Counted from the whole stretch's first letter, positions 40,006-49,302 are shown. The stretch is 61,629 bases of DNA, filler included, from 5 parts of 5 records of this genome joined end to end with filler, not necessarily neighbours in it; one strand, 5' to 3'. Numbers and translations are program-made. The notes: generated by a model from the letters alone, not told the origin.

Positions 40006-41343
40006 TTACATATTTCCTCGCACCTTACGCAACCCACCCAGCATGGCTTCTGCCAGTACACCAATCTCCTTTTCCGTCATCGGCGTGGAAAGGGTGAAAG
40101 AGCAGGTATTTATCATCATGATCCCATGATCAAACAGGTGATCCAGAAGTATCCCAAGAAGTTTTTTCTCCTCGGGACCAATATACGCTTGCCTATAGGT
40201 ATTAGGAACTTGAGGTTTTAAATGAACACGAAACATGGACCCACTACCGCTCACACATGCAGGTACACCAGCTATTTTTATTGCATCAGTAACTAACTGC
40301 CGCGCTTTCTCGGTCAGCCTATTAAGCCTCTCCACTGCCTCGCGATCAAAAAGTTCCAAACTTACCAGTCCAGCTACCATTGTTATTGGGTTAGCCGAAA
40401 AAGTACCTGAATGGGGGAAAAGCACTTTATCCTGCAAAGGATTCATCACGTTCATAACCTCTTTCTGGCCAGCGATCGCACCAACCGGAAACCCTCCACC
40501 TATCATCTTGCCCATGGCAGTGAGATCAGGGGTTACATCGTAGAGTTCTTGGGCTCCGCCATACTGGAACCGAAAAGTGATTACCTCATCGAAGACCAGG
40601 AGGGCTGAATTATCAAAGGTCCACTTGCGCAGAGCACGGACAAACTCCTTACTGGCAGAGGTCAGGCCAACACGATGAGATACGAGGTCTATCAAGACAC
40701 AAGCTAACTCGTCCTTATGTTTATCGAGGATAGCGATAGCTTTTTCAATATCATTGTATGGGATAACAATTACATCGTTGAGGGCTGCAGCAGGTGTTCC
40801 ATAAGCTACAGGTACAGAGTTTGGTGAATCCTGCTCACCCCAGTTCGTGGGATTGGAAGTTTGGCTTACTTCAGCGTAGTCATACAAGCCATGATAGGCA
40901 CCCTCTACCTTGGCAATCTTAGCCTTTCCCGTGTACGCCCTGGAAGCCTTCAGGCAACTCATCACAGCTTCTGTTCCGGAATTAACGAAGCGTATCATCT
41001 CAAAAGAAGGGCTCCGATTAACCAAGTGCTCAGCGAAAGCGAATTCCTGCTCTGTAGCGGTAGTGAATGCTGTACCTTTCTGTAGTTGCTTGGTAGTCGC
41101 CTCCACCACGTCTGGGTGAGCGTGTCCATGAATTAAAGAGGCCATGTTGTTTGCAAAATCAATTCGCTTGACCCCTTCTATGTCAGTGACATAGCATCCC
41201 TTCCCATGATCTGCATAAATGGGATGAGGTTTGCGCAAAACTGTATTGCGGCTCACCCCCCCTGGCATGATTTCGATAGCTTTTTTATAAAGTTCTGCGC
41301 TACGGGAAAGAGTTACAGTACCTTCCACTTTTTCTGCTTTCAT
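40006..41343 (-). CDS. Class III PLP aminotransferase, GSA-aminomutase-like (beta-amino acid transaminase-like)
   Basis: NSGTEA, EGAYHG, FDEVIT, MGKMIGGGFPVGA, SGTFSANP; has PGGVSRN where HemL has PGGVNSPVR. Confidence 0.85.
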   Translation of the reverse strand: MKAEKVEGTVTLSRSAELYKKAIEIMPGGVSRNTVLRKPHPIYADHGKGCYVTDIEGVKRIDFANNMASLIHGHAHPDVVEATTKQLQKGTAFTTATEQEFAFAEHLVNRSPSFEMIRFVNSGTEAVMSCLKASRAYTGKAKIAKVEGAYHGLYDYAEVSQTSNPTNWGEQDSPNSVPVAYGTPAAALNDVIVIPYNDIEKAIAILDKHKDELACVLIDLVSHRVGLTSASKEFVRALRKWTFDNSALLVFDEVITFRFQYGGAQELYDVTPDLTAMGKMIGGGFPVGAIAGQKEVMNVMNPLQDKVLFPHSGTFSANPITMVAGLVSLELFDREAVERLNRLTEKARQLVTDAIKIAGVPACVSGSGSMFRVHLKPQVPNTYRQAYIGPEEKKLLGILLDHLFDHGIMMINTCSFTLSTPMTEKEIGVLAEAMLGGLRKVRGNM

Positions 41344-41458
41344 TGTCTTTTCCTAGAAATCGTTGTTATCACTTGATGGTTACAATACCCGCCGTGCTCA
41401 ATCCTTAAAAAGGCGGTTTTGCGGCGGGTAAAGAGTACTCAGCTTTATTATCAATGAA

Positions 41459-43051
41459 TCAACCCAACCGAGCTTTGAGTTGAGCCTCCAGTTGCTCCTC
41501 GATTTCCTCGAGTTCATCTTCGAAAAAGAACTTGTCTGTATCATAAGGTTTTACCAAGTCAATTTTATTCGTCGTTTCATCATGCTTGGCCAAAAACACA
41601 CGATCCATCCATTCCATATTTCGTGATTCTGTAAACTGCAGTGCAAAACATGTATCACCATTGACACGGGTAGTACCTAAGATAGCCAATTTTCCCGCGG
41701 AAATAGTCATGGAGATGTGTCGGGAAGGGCGATTCAATGAGGCAAGGGAATGGTATATTTTACTGAATACCTGCTCGATCTCAGCCAAAGGCGCGGCAAA
41801 GTAATGGTGTTCTCCGGTGGGACGTGCACAGTACATTGAATGAAAACCTACCCCTAACATGGCAATAATATTTGCCAGATCAATCCAGTTATTAGCTGAC
41901 CGATCCACATCCACCTTGCCATCTTCACCTTTAAACAGACTGATATGATTCATTATAGGGCTTTGACTGCGAACCATTACACCATGGGCTTTCAGTCGAC
42001 GTATAGCGGCTACAGTTGAAGGATTCACTATCTCCCTCGGAGTTGAGAAGTGAGCCATCCAAGCGACTTGGATACCGTTGTCATACAGATGTTTGAATAA
42101 AGACAATGTCTCCTCATATTCAGGCTGGAGAATCATTGCCGGGTTAAATGTCAACGCTCTGGATCCAATGCGCAGAGTACGAACATGACTCAACTCAGGA
42201 TCTTCTATGATTGGTTGCATATACGCTTTGAGCCTTGATGCTGGTAAAAATCCACCATCACCCCCTGTGACCAGCATGTCAGTAACCTCTTTATGCAACC
42301 TGAGGTAACTGTGAATTTGATTCACATCATTTTGCAAAAACATATCTTCATCTCCGCGCACTTGGGCGTGCCGGAAGCAGTATGTGCAAAAAGAGAAACA
42401 ATTCTGAGTTGTCTTGTCAAAAATCAACATGCATTGCGGATACTTATGCTGGCTTCCTTCAAGAAAATCGATATCGCCATCACACTCAAACCAGGGCTTG
42501 TTAAGCTGCTGCTTACCATCATGAGGATTTGTTTTTTCCATATAGGCTTCAACGATCTGGGCTCTTTGCTCATCACTTGTTGCCTCTACATAAGCCTTAG
42601 TTGCCTCCGGTTCCATCATCCCTGGCTGGGGAACTACTAACTGGAAGATGGAGTCAGTTTCATAGTTATCCCAATTAATTGAATTCAAGCTGTGCCGAGT
42701 AGCCATAAAGCGATAGACTTCTATGTAAAACTCACGCTCTTTAACATGGCTTAACTCAATTCCACTGTCCGCCAGGATTTCACAAAACTCACGAAATCCT
42801 TTTAATCCAACATAGCTGCCCTGATCAGTGAAGAGGAAACTGTTTTTCTCACTAAAAGAGGAATATTTCTCATATTCACGATGTAGTCTATTCGCGACCC
42901 CTAGGGGTAAAAGGTTCTCCTTTTTAATGATAGCCACCACATCATCAGAGTACCCGTATCGTGTCATTACCTCTGACAGGTCAACATGGTCTTTTGCTGC
43001 TGTGCCTGAGCTTTGAGCCGCTTCGTTATTCGCTACGTTCACATAAGCCAT
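41459..43051 (-). CDS. KamA-family radical SAM/PLP 2,3-aminomutase
   Basis: HKYP, CFSFCTYCFR (CxxxCxxC), TGGD, RIGSR, HF.TPRE, SQSPIM, and SAGK as likely PLP lysine; GAGGAG RBS. Confidence 0.85.
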   Translation of the reverse strand: MAYVNVANNEAAQSSGTAAKDHVDLSEVMTRYGYSDDVVAIIKKENLLPLGVANRLHREYEKYSSFSEKNSFLFTDQGSYVGLKGFREFCEILADSGIELSHVKEREFYIEVYRFMATRHSLNSINWDNYETDSIFQLVVPQPGMMEPEATKAYVEATSDEQRAQIVEAYMEKTNPHDGKQQLNKPWFECDGDIDFLEGSQHKYPQCMLIFDKTTQNCFSFCTYCFRHAQVRGDEDMFLQNDVNQIHSYLRLHKEVTDMLVTGGDGGFLPASRLKAYMQPIIEDPELSHVRTLRIGSRALTFNPAMILQPEYEETLSLFKHLYDNGIQVAWMAHFSTPREIVNPSTVAAIRRLKAHGVMVRSQSPIMNHISLFKGEDGKVDVDRSANNWIDLANIIAMLGVGFHSMYCARPTGEHHYFAAPLAEIEQVFSKIYHSLASLNRPSRHISMTISAGKLAILGTTRVNGDTCFALQFTESRNMEWMDRVFLAKHDETTNKIDLVKPYDTDKFFFEDELEEIEEQLEAQLKARLG

Positions 43052-43150
43052 TTCTTGCTCCTCTTTGCATTCTATGTTTTTTCTACTCGCTGAGCAGACG
43101 GCGCTGATCGTCCTCGCTCAACAAATGTTTATTGTTTTTTCGAGCGGACG

Positions 43151-43543
43151 TTATTTTGTTCCTACCTGTAAGATTGTTGCTGATGCCTTGGCCACAAGTT
43201 TGCCTGTATCATCCTCAATAACCCCTTCTACATAGCCGGTCTGCCTGGAACTATTGATGACCTGACCAATTGCGGTCAAGCTTCCCCACTTAACCGCTTT
43301 TATAAAATTCACCTTCATCTCCAAGGTTACACCATTACGTTTTTCTTCTGGTAAACCCAATATGTATGATCTGGCCATTACAGTATCAAGCAACGCCGCC
43401 AACACTCCACCATGAACAAACCCCATCATATTGTGATGGCGTGGTTCTATGTCTAAATGAGCTAAAAACCGATCATCGCGAAAACCAACGAGCGCTGCCC
43501 CTATCGTTTCAATAAAATTTATTTTTTGTTTATTCTCTGCCAT
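43151..43543 (-). CDS. PaaI-family hot-dog thioesterase
   Basis: HNMMGFVHGGVLAALLD, VTLEMKVNFIK, GKLVAKASAT; ATG 43543 after AGAGGA. Confidence 0.88.
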   Translation of the reverse strand: MAENKQKINFIETIGAALVGFRDDRFLAHLDIEPRHHNMMGFVHGGVLAALLDTVMARSYILGLPEEKRNGVTLEMKVNFIKAVKWGSLTAIGQVINSSRQTGYVEGVIEDDTGKLVAKASATILQVGTK

Positions 43544-43578
43544 CTTGCTTTCCTCTATGCAGTAGAACTCGACTCGAT

Positions 43579-43653
43579 TGTTCCGCAATGCGGTTCAACA
43601 TGTTCCGCAAATTTTTACAATTCTCTTCTACCTTAACGCTGGTTTGATGTCAA
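43579..43653 (-). promoter_or_regulatory. Sigma70-like promoter with a downstream IclR-type operator for the paaI-kamA operon
   Basis: Minus strand TTGACA (43653-43648), 17-bp spacer, TAGAAG (43630-43625); TGTTCCGCAA repeated at 43579 and 43601; palindromic core CCGCAATGCGG. Confidence 0.5.
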
Positions 43654-44035
43654 TTCAAAAAAACCTAAAAACAGACAGTAAAGTGCACTAAAATAGTGAC
43701 ACCTCTAAAAATAATTTATATTTTCTTAATCATGTAAACTAGATAAGCAGGATTACGATACCTATATGCGGTATATTTTATACCTGCAAAAAATTACTGA
43801 AGAAACATAGAGAAGTGGAGAAAATGGGAGGGGCTAGTTCATAGATGTGGGATGGTAAAAAAATTGACGAAGTGGAAATTTTATCGCCAAGCTGATACGG
43901 ATTAGAAAATCCATAATCCCTCATTGACGTTTCGGTAAGCAAAAAAAACAGAGAACTCTTTTACAAGAAACAACGATAGGATATAGAAAAAAGAGTACTC
44001 TCATCCAGTGCTGTCTCATAAATTTGTAAGTAGAA

Positions 44036-44135
44036 NNNNNNNNNNNNNNNNNNNNNNNNNNNNNNNNNNNNNNNNNNNNTTAATTAATTAANNNNNNNNN
44101 NNNNNNNNNNNNNNNNNNNNNNNNNNNNNNNNNNN
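44036..44135. other. Artificial contig spacer
   Basis: N44-TTAATTAATTAA-N44. Confidence 0.99.
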
Positions 44136-44321
44136 TTGAGCTTGAAATAATTTATTATATCAGTCTGATTCAATAAAGAATATGCTCGGATGCACCGTAT
44201 GCTTCCGAGATTTACGGTTTAGGCATGCAATAATGTTTTTGTTAGGGGAATTGAGAATCGGGATTGACGCCTGCTCCTCACATTCCGAAAAACATGCGCT
44301 AAAATCAGGGGCGGCTTGGAC

Positions 44322-44684
44322 TTACTCTGCAGCCCCAGGTTCAATGGGTAAGGCCGTTGCGTCAACCTGTTTCGAATGGCATGCCTTTTCATTGTTCAAT
44401 AACATGAGCACCGTGCGCAAAAAGTTCTCGGGCCGATGATATATATGCATGCACAGCCCACTTTCATATTCACGCAAGGCAAACAAATACAACAGGCGGC
44501 GGGCGGTTGCAAAAACCAGGGTTTTTGACGGGTTTGTCCCCGCATCTTTTGCGGCCAGATGATTGAAAAAACGCCGCCCCCACTCATTGTCTTCCACCGG
44601 TTCAAGCCCCTGATCGGCGCCAAAGGCGCGATCCAATGAATCCAATAGTGTGAAAAAACAGTCCATTTCAAATTCAGGCCCCAC
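44322..44684 (-). CDS. Hypothetical protein
   Basis: GTG start 6 bp after the desulfurase stop, with AAGGA RBS; probably the last gene of the operon. Confidence 0.5.
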   Translation of the reverse strand: MGPEFEMDCFFTLLDSLDRAFGADQGLEPVEDNEWGRRFFNHLAAKDAGTNPSKTLVFATARRLLYLFALREYESGLCMHIYHRPENFLRTVLMLLNNEKACHSKQVDATALPIEPGAAE

Positions 44685-44690
44685 TATCCT

Positions 44691-45842
44691 TCACCTTTCA
44701 GCTATTTTAGACACGGCTTCTATGGCTGCGTTTATATGGTTTTCATCATTGAAATAACCAGGGCTGAAGCGAATCGTTCCGATATTGGAAACCGATATGT
44801 CTTCGGCGACAAGCGGCGCGCAGTGCAAACCCGTTCTTACAGCGATCCCGAAATCGCCGTCCAGCACCGCCCCGACATCCGCGGCCGCTTTTCCTTTAAT
44901 ATTGCAAATTACAATGGGGACGCTGTTCAGTCCCGGACATGGAGTGTATAGAATTACGTTTTCTATATCCTTCAGTCCCAAATAGAGCTTTCGCGCCAGG
45001 GCGGACTCCCTTTGCCGGATATTATCCTGGCCGGCTTCTGAAATGAAATCCAGGCCCAGGGAAAGCCCGATAATTCCGGGGAGATTAAGAGTTCCTGCTT
45101 CCAAGCGATGAGGAAAGCTTTGAGTGTGTATTAATGAGGCCGAATCAACCCCTGTCCCGCCAAAACGGGTGGATTTTATGTCCAGTTCAGAAGACAGGGC
45201 CAGGCCGCCTATACCGGCCGGCCCCATCAAGGCCTTATGCCCGGTAAAAGCAACAGCTGCAATGTTCCACGCTGCCATGTCTATAGGCGTTTGACCGGCG
45301 CTCTGGGCTGCGTCTATCAGAAGAGGCAGGCCGTGTTTGGCGCATAAACGGCCGATTTCGGCAATTGGTTGAATTGTTCCCAGTACATTGGACGCATGAT
45401 TGACTATTACAAGTTTGGTTTTCGGTTTAACGGTTTGTTCAATTTCCGATAGGTCCACAAAGCCGTCAGGGCATGAAACCAGGCTGTAATCGATCAGGCC
45501 TATTTTCTTAAGGTGGAAAAGGGGGCGCAGGACTGAATTGTGCTCAAGGCGGGTGGAAATAACATGATCGCCCTGCTTTACCAGGCCTTGTATGGCCAGG
45601 TTCAGCGAATCGGTGGCATTGAATGTGAAAACAATACGATTCGGATCCGGGGCGTTTAGAAAATTGCTCAGTTTCAACCGGGTTTCTTCAACGAAATAGT
45701 GGGCTTCCATGGCCAGGTCGTAACCGCCCCGGCCCGGGGAGCAGCCCAGTTCGGCATACAGTTCGGTCATGCGATTTAATAACGAACGGGGCTTTGGGAA
45801 AGACGTCGCGGCGTTGTCGAGGTAAATAAAAGGATTTTCCAT
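44691..45842 (-). CDS. Cysteine desulfurase-like class V aminotransferase
   Basis: YLDNAATSFPKP, NATDSLN, EHNSV, DAAQ, TGHK (PLP Lys), EAGT, RTGLHCAP (persulfide Cys). Confidence 0.9.
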   Translation of the reverse strand: MENPFIYLDNAATSFPKPRSLLNRMTELYAELGCSPGRGGYDLAMEAHYFVEETRLKLSNFLNAPDPNRIVFTFNATDSLNLAIQGLVKQGDHVISTRLEHNSVLRPLFHLKKIGLIDYSLVSCPDGFVDLSEIEQTVKPKTKLVIVNHASNVLGTIQPIAEIGRLCAKHGLPLLIDAAQSAGQTPIDMAAWNIAAVAFTGHKALMGPAGIGGLALSSELDIKSTRFGGTGVDSASLIHTQSFPHRLEAGTLNLPGIIGLSLGLDFISEAGQDNIRQRESALARKLYLGLKDIENVILYTPCPGLNSVPIVICNIKGKAAADVGAVLDGDFGIAVRTGLHCAPLVAEDISVSNIGTIRFSPGYFNDENHINAAIEAVSKIAER

Positions 45843-45856
45843 GGCCGCGCCCCTTC

Positions 45857-46204
45857 TTACATGCAGGATTTTGGATTGGGAAGTCCGGCCAGTCGCCGAG
45901 CCCCGTTTTTTATGCCGCCGGGAAACAGGTTTTCTATTTGCTGGAGGCTCAGGCCCGCACCGTTTTTCAATTGCCGGTTCAAGGGCGCCCGTCCGTTTTG
46001 GTAATAATATTCCCTTAAAAACATCAGCACTCGCATGTGTTGTTCGGTCAGGTTATCAAGCCCGTTTTCCCGGGCCAGCAAACGGGCCGCCGCCTCGGTC
46101 CAGTCATCGGGATCGTTAAAGAAGCCTTCCGCGTCAAAGACAATGCGGCGGCCGTCTATCTCGCGAACCTGAACCCCGGCGGCGTTATTTTGGCCGGCAT
46201 TCAA
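45857..46204 (-). CDS. TusE/DsrC-family sulfur relay protein
   Basis: DAEGF..PDDW, LTEQH, LFPGG, RLAGLPNPKSCM with a single penultimate Cys. Confidence 0.88.
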   Translation of the reverse strand: MNAGQNNAAGVQVREIDGRRIVFDAEGFFNDPDDWTEAAARLLARENGLDNLTEQHMRVLMFLREYYYQNGRAPLNRQLKNGAGLSLQQIENLFPGGIKNGARRLAGLPNPKSCM

Positions 46205-46210
46205 AGAATG

Positions 46211-48868
46211 TCACCCGGCCTGGTTAAGTGCGGTCTTTACCTTTTCCGGGACGGCCGGCAGTTCGGTCACCCAAACGCCGCAGGCGTCATGGATGGCGTT
46301 TATTATTGCAGGCGCCGTGGGCACCATGGTCATTTCCCCCACGCCGACCGCGCCCAGGGCGCCCCGGTTGCGCGGGGTTTCCAGAGTTATGGTTGTCATG
46401 TCAAAAGCGGTTTTCATGGTCGGGTATTTGAAACTAACCCAATCCCTTGTTCGCCCGGCGATGTACTCCTCTCTCAAGGCGTACCCGGCGCCCATGTCCA
46501 TGCCGCCTTCAAGCTGCCCGATTACGTTTTGCGGATTTATTATAACTCCGCAATCGTTGGCCGCGGTCATTTTGATGATGCGGACCTGCCCGGTTTCCAG
46601 GTTCACTTCCACTTCGGCCAACTGAAGAGCGTGGTCCTGGGAGTCAAAAGACGGGCCCTGGCCGGTTTCAGGATCCAAAGGGCCTGCTTCCATGGTTTTT
46701 TTCCGGCCGATGTACCGGATCGGCTTTCCTGCCTTTTCCAAATCCGCCGCGTTTCGGGCGCCTGTTTCGTCCATGGCCGCTTTCAATTGCTCGACGGCGT
46801 CTACCAGGGCGCCGCCGACCATGAATGTCAAACGGCTGCCCGCCGCCGGACCCGTAGCCGTGGTTCTGTCCGTATCCCTCGTTACCAGGCGAACCATATC
46901 CAGCGGCAGGGTCATTTTTTTTGCGGCAAGCTGGCTGAGCATGGAATCCGTGCCTTCGCCCGGATCGGCCGCGGCCGCGTACACTGTAACTCCTCCGTCA
47001 TCATCGAGTTCCACCGCGGCAATGGCGTTGTCGCCAGGTCCGCCTATGCCGAACGCTCCGGCCCCTAAGCCTACCCCTCGCCGGATTGTATCCGAACTTG
47101 CTTCGGCGGCTTCCTTTTTTGCTCTTTCATAATGAGGCCGGATGGCCTCGCACAGACCGGGAAAAGGCCATTGATCCACAACCTGACCGGTTGACTTGCT
47201 CTGCCCCGGCATCAGGGAATTGATTTTGCGAAACTCCAGGGGATCGACGCCCAACTTGTCCGCGAGCATGTCCATGGAGCATTCCAGGGCGAAGTGAGCC
47301 TGCGGCGGCCCGGCGCCCCGGGCCGCGCTGCCCCAGGGATTGTTGGTGTAGGCAAGCCTGGAGCGACAATTAACGTTGGGAATGTGATACGAACCGGACA
47401 ACATCAATAAGGCCCGGTAAATGACCACATTCCCGATGGAATTGTATGCTCCATTATCAACCGTCATATCCATGTCCAGGGCGGTCAGCTTATTGTTCGC
47501 GTCCGCCCCCAGCTTGACCTTCATATCAAAAGGATGCCGCTTGGAAGTCATCTGCATGGATTCGGCCAGGCTGGGGATATATCGTACCGGCCGGCGGAAA
47601 TGCAAAGCCGCGGCCGCGGCAATGCCTTCCGAAGTGATTTCCAGCTTGATGCCGAACTGGCCGCCGGAAAAAGCTTCCTCATAACGGATGTTTTCCCAAC
47701 CGAGGGCCTGCTGAAGCATGGCCATATGATAGTGGATGTTGATACTGCGGCCGATGACAATCAGTTGTTCATCTTCGCCCTCGCCTTCAATAAACGAGAT
47801 GCAGGCTTCGGGTTCCAGCGGGGCCTGATGATTGATCTGCGTCTTAAAATCGGCTTCGACAACAGCGAAGGAATCCTCGAGCGCCTTGGCCGCGTCGCCC
47901 TTTATTTGCGGCTGGCTGTAGCACAGGTTGGGATAATCGTCGTGAATCTGATAAGCTCCGTTGGCCATGGCTTGTTCCGGGCTGGACAAAACAGGCAGCT
48001 GTTCGTATTCCACATTTATCTTGTCCAGGGCGGATACGGCCTGCTCCCTGGTTTTGGCCGCAACCGCGGCTACCGGGTCGCCTATATAGCGGACTTTGTC
48101 TTCACACAAAAGCGGACGGTCCGGTATTAAATAGGCAAGACGGTTTGTTCCCTTAATATCCTTGGCCGTTAATACGCCGACCACGCCCGGCATGCCTATG
48201 GCGGCCGAGTAATCTATGGACTTGATTTTGGCATGGGCGTGCGGGCTGCGCAGGACCGCCAGTTCGAGGGCGCCCGGCATATGGATGTCGGCGGTGAATG
48301 CGGCGACGCCGCAGGCCTTCAGCATGGCCGTGGGCCTGGGGTGATTGACTCCCATGGGATCCGCGTCACGGGGCGGCCTGATATCATCCGGCGAAATTTC
48401 ACCCCTGATAAACCGGCCGGCCAAAAGGACTGCGTCTACTATTTTATTATAGCCTGTGCATCGGCAAAGATTGCGCCTTAGAGCTGTTTTTATTTCATCC
48501 TGGGTTGGATCGGGATTTTTGTCCAACAGGGCTTTGGCAGCCATGATCATGCCCGGAGTGCAAAATCCACATTGAATGGCGCCGGCCAGGACAAAAGCTT
48601 CCTGGATCAGGTGCGGATTTTCCGGCGTGCCCAGGCCTTCTATGGTGATAACTTCAGCCCCATCTAAATCGGCGGCCTTGGTCAGGCAGGATAATATTGC
48701 TTTTTTATTGACAATTACAGTGCAGGCGCCGCATTGTCCTTTTCTGTCGCAAGATTGCTTGGCGCCGGTCAACCCAAGGGTTTCCCTTAAGAGGTCCAGT
48801 AAAACGGTTTTTGAGTCGACCGCTGCCTGTACGGTGCGGCCGTTTAAGGTGAGTTCGATTCTTTTCAT
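46211..48868 (-). CDS. Molybdopterin-dependent aldehyde oxidoreductase (Mop/AOR type, 2x[2Fe-2S] + Mo domain)
   Basis: SCDRKGQCGAC, QCGFCTPG, LCRCTGY, GGQFG, ARGAG, AGSR, GQLEGG, GVGE (catalytic Glu). Confidence 0.92.
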   Translation of the reverse strand: MKRIELTLNGRTVQAAVDSKTVLLDLLRETLGLTGAKQSCDRKGQCGACTVIVNKKAILSCLTKAADLDGAEVITIEGLGTPENPHLIQEAFVLAGAIQCGFCTPGMIMAAKALLDKNPDPTQDEIKTALRRNLCRCTGYNKIVDAVLLAGRFIRGEISPDDIRPPRDADPMGVNHPRPTAMLKACGVAAFTADIHMPGALELAVLRSPHAHAKIKSIDYSAAIGMPGVVGVLTAKDIKGTNRLAYLIPDRPLLCEDKVRYIGDPVAAVAAKTREQAVSALDKINVEYEQLPVLSSPEQAMANGAYQIHDDYPNLCYSQPQIKGDAAKALEDSFAVVEADFKTQINHQAPLEPEACISFIEGEGEDEQLIVIGRSINIHYHMAMLQQALGWENIRYEEAFSGGQFGIKLEITSEGIAAAAALHFRRPVRYIPSLAESMQMTSKRHPFDMKVKLGADANNKLTALDMDMTVDNGAYNSIGNVVIYRALLMLSGSYHIPNVNCRSRLAYTNNPWGSAARGAGPPQAHFALECSMDMLADKLGVDPLEFRKINSLMPGQSKSTGQVVDQWPFPGLCEAIRPHYERAKKEAAEASSDTIRRGVGLGAGAFGIGGPGDNAIAAVELDDDGGVTVYAAAADPGEGTDSMLSQLAAKKMTLPLDMVRLVTRDTDRTTATGPAAGSRLTFMVGGALVDAVEQLKAAMDETGARNAADLEKAGKPIRYIGRKKTMEAGPLDPETGQGPSFDSQDHALQLAEVEVNLETGQVRIIKMTAANDCGVIINPQNVIGQLEGGMDMGAGYALREEYIAGRTRDWVSFKYPTMKTAFDMTTITLETPRNRGALGAVGVGEMTMVPTAPAIINAIHDACGVWVTELPAVPEKVKTALNQAG

Positions 48869-48981
48869 ATTCACACTCCAAAAATTATTGCATATAAAAA
48901 TTACCGGGTTGTATTATGCCAAAAAAGATATAAAATAAACACCCAATAAATCAAAAAAGATATAATAAAAGGCGGAAAATT

Positions 48982-49302
48982 ATGAAGGCCGTTGATATTA
49001 AGCCGAAAGCCGCGGAAGCGCTTCAGGGATATAAAGGCGTTATCAGGCTGCAGGTAAGAACCAGCGGGTGCTGTGAGCCCGCTCTGATTGCTTTTTGGGA
49101 TGAGCGTTGTCCTGAAGATCTTTATCAGCAGCTGGACGAGCTGCTTTTTGTGGTCGACCCGGAATCGCACAGAATAACAGGCCTTATAACCGTGGATATT
49201 TACGAGTCCGGGGACCCGCCGGCTTTGCTGTTAACCACGGCCAATCCTCTCAGCGAGTGGGCCGGCCTTGCCGGAACGGTCATCCGGGAAAGACCGGATT
49301 GA
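48982..49302 (+). CDS. HesB/IscA-like small protein
   Basis: RLQVRTSGCCEPAL, D..L.FVVDP fold pattern; lacks the C-terminal CGC. Confidence 0.55.
   Translation: MKAVDIKPKAAEALQGYKGVIRLQVRTSGCCEPALIAFWDERCPEDLYQQLDELLFVVDPESHRITGLITVDIYESGDPPALLLTTANPLSEWAGLAGTVIRERPD

Noticed and set aside
40006-41343. hemL (glutamate-1-semialdehyde aminomutase) call
   Set aside because: Lacks the PGGVNSPVR signature and has no hem gene context.
41459-43051. epmB, ablA or classical kamA call
   Set aside because: No efp/epmA, ablB or kamDE neighbours; larger size and divergent substrate-site motifs.
46037-48130. Long plus-strand ORFs (343 aa, 198 aa and others) opposite the AOR gene
   Set aside because: Antisense shadows of a GC-rich coding gene with no motifs; the same applies to the shadows over ddaH, the SBP, oadA and ppnN.
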